Assembly: GCA_030587475.2 (NCBI GenBank)
Contig: JAUQYZ020000211.1
Span: forward strand, 1-23,511
DNA length: 23,511 bases
From: Candidatus Sigynarchaeum calidifontis
GTDB lineage: Archaea > Asgardarchaeota > Lokiarchaeia > Sigyniarchaeales > Sigyniarchaeaceae
Direction of reading: 5' to 3'
The position numbers and the translations under genes are program-made. A model generated the notes under the pieces. That model did not search any database. It saw nothing but the letters and a program-made list of their open reading frames with translations, and was not told where the DNA came from. Below are positions 21,892 through 23,511 of this stretch, one piece after another (position 1 is the first letter of the stretch; every line of letters begins with the position of its first letter).

Positions 21892-22785
21892 ATGGCAAGA
21901 TTATTAAACGTGCCAGAGCCTGAACCGGGATTCCCCTTCGTCGACACGCATTGCCATGTCGCTGACCGCAATTTCAAGCGCTCGCTTCCCTCGCCTGCAA
22001 AGCAGCTGGCAGATTATCAGGAGGCTGGTGGTCAATTCCTCATCGTATGCTCGATCGACATGGAAAGCGCAAGGGATGGTTTGGTATTCGCAAAGGGCAG
22101 CAAGAACGTGTATTTCTCTTGTGGCTGGGCGCCCCAGACCGTGACCTTCACGCCAGTCGACAAGTACGAGCGTGAATTCGCGGAATGGACGAGATTTATC
22201 GAAACCAACATCGACGCGATAATTGCTTTCGGTGAAATCGGTCTCGATTTTCATCACGCGAAAACACTCGAAAAACGTGACTCCCAAATCAAAGCGTTTG
22301 ATGATATCTTGTCCATTATCGCCCCGAAAAAGAAGCCGATCGTGCTCCACGTGCGCAATGCCGGGCCGGGAGACGTGGATTATGGCCACCCGGACCACGC
22401 TTATAACAAGCCGGAAGGCGCAGCGCGGGTAGTCCTGGCTAAGCTTGAAAGCCACGGGATCCCGCCTTCGATGGTCTTGTTCCATTGCTATTCAGGCCCT
22501 GCGAGCATGAACGACGAGCTCGCCCGCCAGGGATTCTGGTTCTCAGTGCCCAGCTCGGCATTTGGTATCGAGCGGTGGAACAAGGTGTCGAGAACGCTGC
22601 CCCTCGACCGGCTCGTGACCGAGACCGATTCGCCGTTCCAGCACCCGCGATCCATGGAGCCAGTGAACGTGCCTGCCAATGCACGATACGCGGTCGCAGC
22701 GATCGCGCACGCGAGAAACATGGCACAAGGCATCGTGGCCAAAAAAACCGTCGAGAACGCGAAACGTTTCTTTCAGATCAATTAA
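21892..22785 (+). CDS. TatD family metallo-hydrolase/nuclease
   Basis: DTHCH, GEIGLDF, VLHVR, HCYSG, ETDSP, N.P. Start ATG 21892. Confidence 0.92.
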   Translation: MARLLNVPEPEPGFPFVDTHCHVADRNFKRSLPSPAKQLADYQEAGGQFLIVCSIDMESARDGLVFAKGSKNVYFSCGWAPQTVTFTPVDKYEREFAEWTRFIETNIDAIIAFGEIGLDFHHAKTLEKRDSQIKAFDDILSIIAPKKKPIVLHVRNAGPGDVDYGHPDHAYNKPEGAARVVLAKLESHGIPPSMVLFHCYSGPASMNDELARQGFWFSVPSSAFGIERWNKVSRTLPLDRLVTETDSPFQHPRSMEPVNVPANARYAVAAIAHARNMAQGIVAKKTVENAKRFFQIN

Positions 22786-22873
22786 ATACATGTTTGGCAG
22801 CACTTCATGTCAAGGATCGGTCTCCAGATGGCACTTTAATCGATCGATCAGTCAATCCTTCGGTGATAACAAA

Positions 22874-23511
22874 ATGGCAACCGTCGAGACAGCTTCGATA
22901 GCGTTGAAGCGATGCACGATATTCATCGTGTTAGCTTACGCGTTTACCTGGTTCTTCTGGATACCCGATGCAATGAGCAAGATGGGCATCATCCCGGCTT
23001 CTCCCTTGACGAATCTCGGTTTTATCGGGGCTTTCGGGCCTCTCGTGTCCGCTATCATCGTGACCTCCATTTATGAAGGCAAGGAGGGCATCAAGAACCT
23101 TTTCAAGAAAGCACTGGATCACCGGTTCAAGAAACGGTGGTGGTTACCGGTTTTCCTCCTGATGCCTGCCCTCGTGCTCGTCGCGTTCGCGATCGCTGTT
23201 TTAACGGATGGCGTCGTGCCGCCGCTGGAGGCATTATCCCAGCCCGCGATCCTCGTCCCCGCGTTTTTCTCTGTCTTGCTTCTCAGCGGGCCATTCGAGG
23301 AGGAATTCGGCTGGCGTGGGTATGCCTTGCCCCGCCTTCAAGCCCGGTTCAACCCGCGCGTCTCCAGCGTGGTTCTCGGCATCGTTTGGGCAGCGTGGCA
23401 CATCCCGCAATTCATGGTCCCCGGAAATGGCATGTTCTACAAGACGCCGCTCTTCACGTTCTTTCCAACCGTCATCGCCGCGACCTTTCTCTTCACGTGG
23501 ATTTACAACAA
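22874..23511 (+). CDS. CPBP (type II CAAX/Rce1-like, Abi) intramembrane glutamic protease, 3' end runs off the window
   Basis: Manual translation from ATG 22874 (GGTGA at 22862-22866): ...FTWFFW...GAFGPLVSA...GPFEEEFGWRGYALPRLQ...WAAWHIP...TWIYN. Confidence 0.92.
   Translation, partial: MATVETASIALKRCTIFIVLAYAFTWFFWIPDAMSKMGIIPASPLTNLGFIGAFGPLVSAIIVTSIYEGKEGIKNLFKKALDHRFKKRWWLPVFLLMPALVLVAFAIAVLTDGVVPPLEALSQPAILVPAFFSVLLLSGPFEEEFGWRGYALPRLQARFNPRVSSVVLGIVWAAWHIPQFMVPGNGMFYKTPLFTFFPTVIAATFLFTWIYN

Noticed and set aside
1-23511. CRISPR arrays, tRNA/rRNA genes, transposases/integrases, ubiquitin/E1/E2/E3 genes
   Set aside because: No repeat-spacer periodicity, cloverleaf or diagnostic motifs seen; all spacers are under 300 nt.

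Overview
Gene-dense archaeal chromosomal segment (GC roughly mid-50s%) with 19 coding regions and no rRNA, tRNA, CRISPR array or transposase that I could see. Archaeal origin is supported by the proteasome beta subunit next to KH/beta-CASP aCPSF1 (FttA), UPF0179, a tungsten AOR-family enzyme, TATA-box promoters, GGTGA ribosome-binding sites and oligo-T terminators. An Rpn11/CSN5-like JAMM protein and several lipid-catabolism genes suggest an Asgard (Lokiarchaeia-like) host, which is an inference. Left to right: (1) acyl-CoA synthetase, two tandem neutral-ceramidase-like paralogs and a divergent PIG-L deacetylase; (2) a small 3-TM gene missed by the ORF track that carries an in-frame TAG, and a NIPA-like DMT transporter; (3) a JAMM metalloprotease with an internally duplicated ~250-aa helical module, facing UPF0179-aCPSF1-psmB, with a long structured leader in front of aCPSF1; (4) PflX-like radical SAM, AOR, a hypothetical protein, a YoaC/LsrK-like FGGY kinase, a YoaD-like dehydrogenase fused to a class II aldolase, and a membrane-anchored SCP2 protein; (5) M20 peptidase, TatD and a CPBP/Rce1-like protease. 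The best candidates for novelty are the JAMM protein with the duplicated helical module beside the proteasome locus, the kinase/dehydrogenase-aldolase/AOR catabolic module, the possible aCPSF1 autoregulatory leader, and the amide-lipid degradation cluster. All family calls come from motif recognition by eye; no searches were run.
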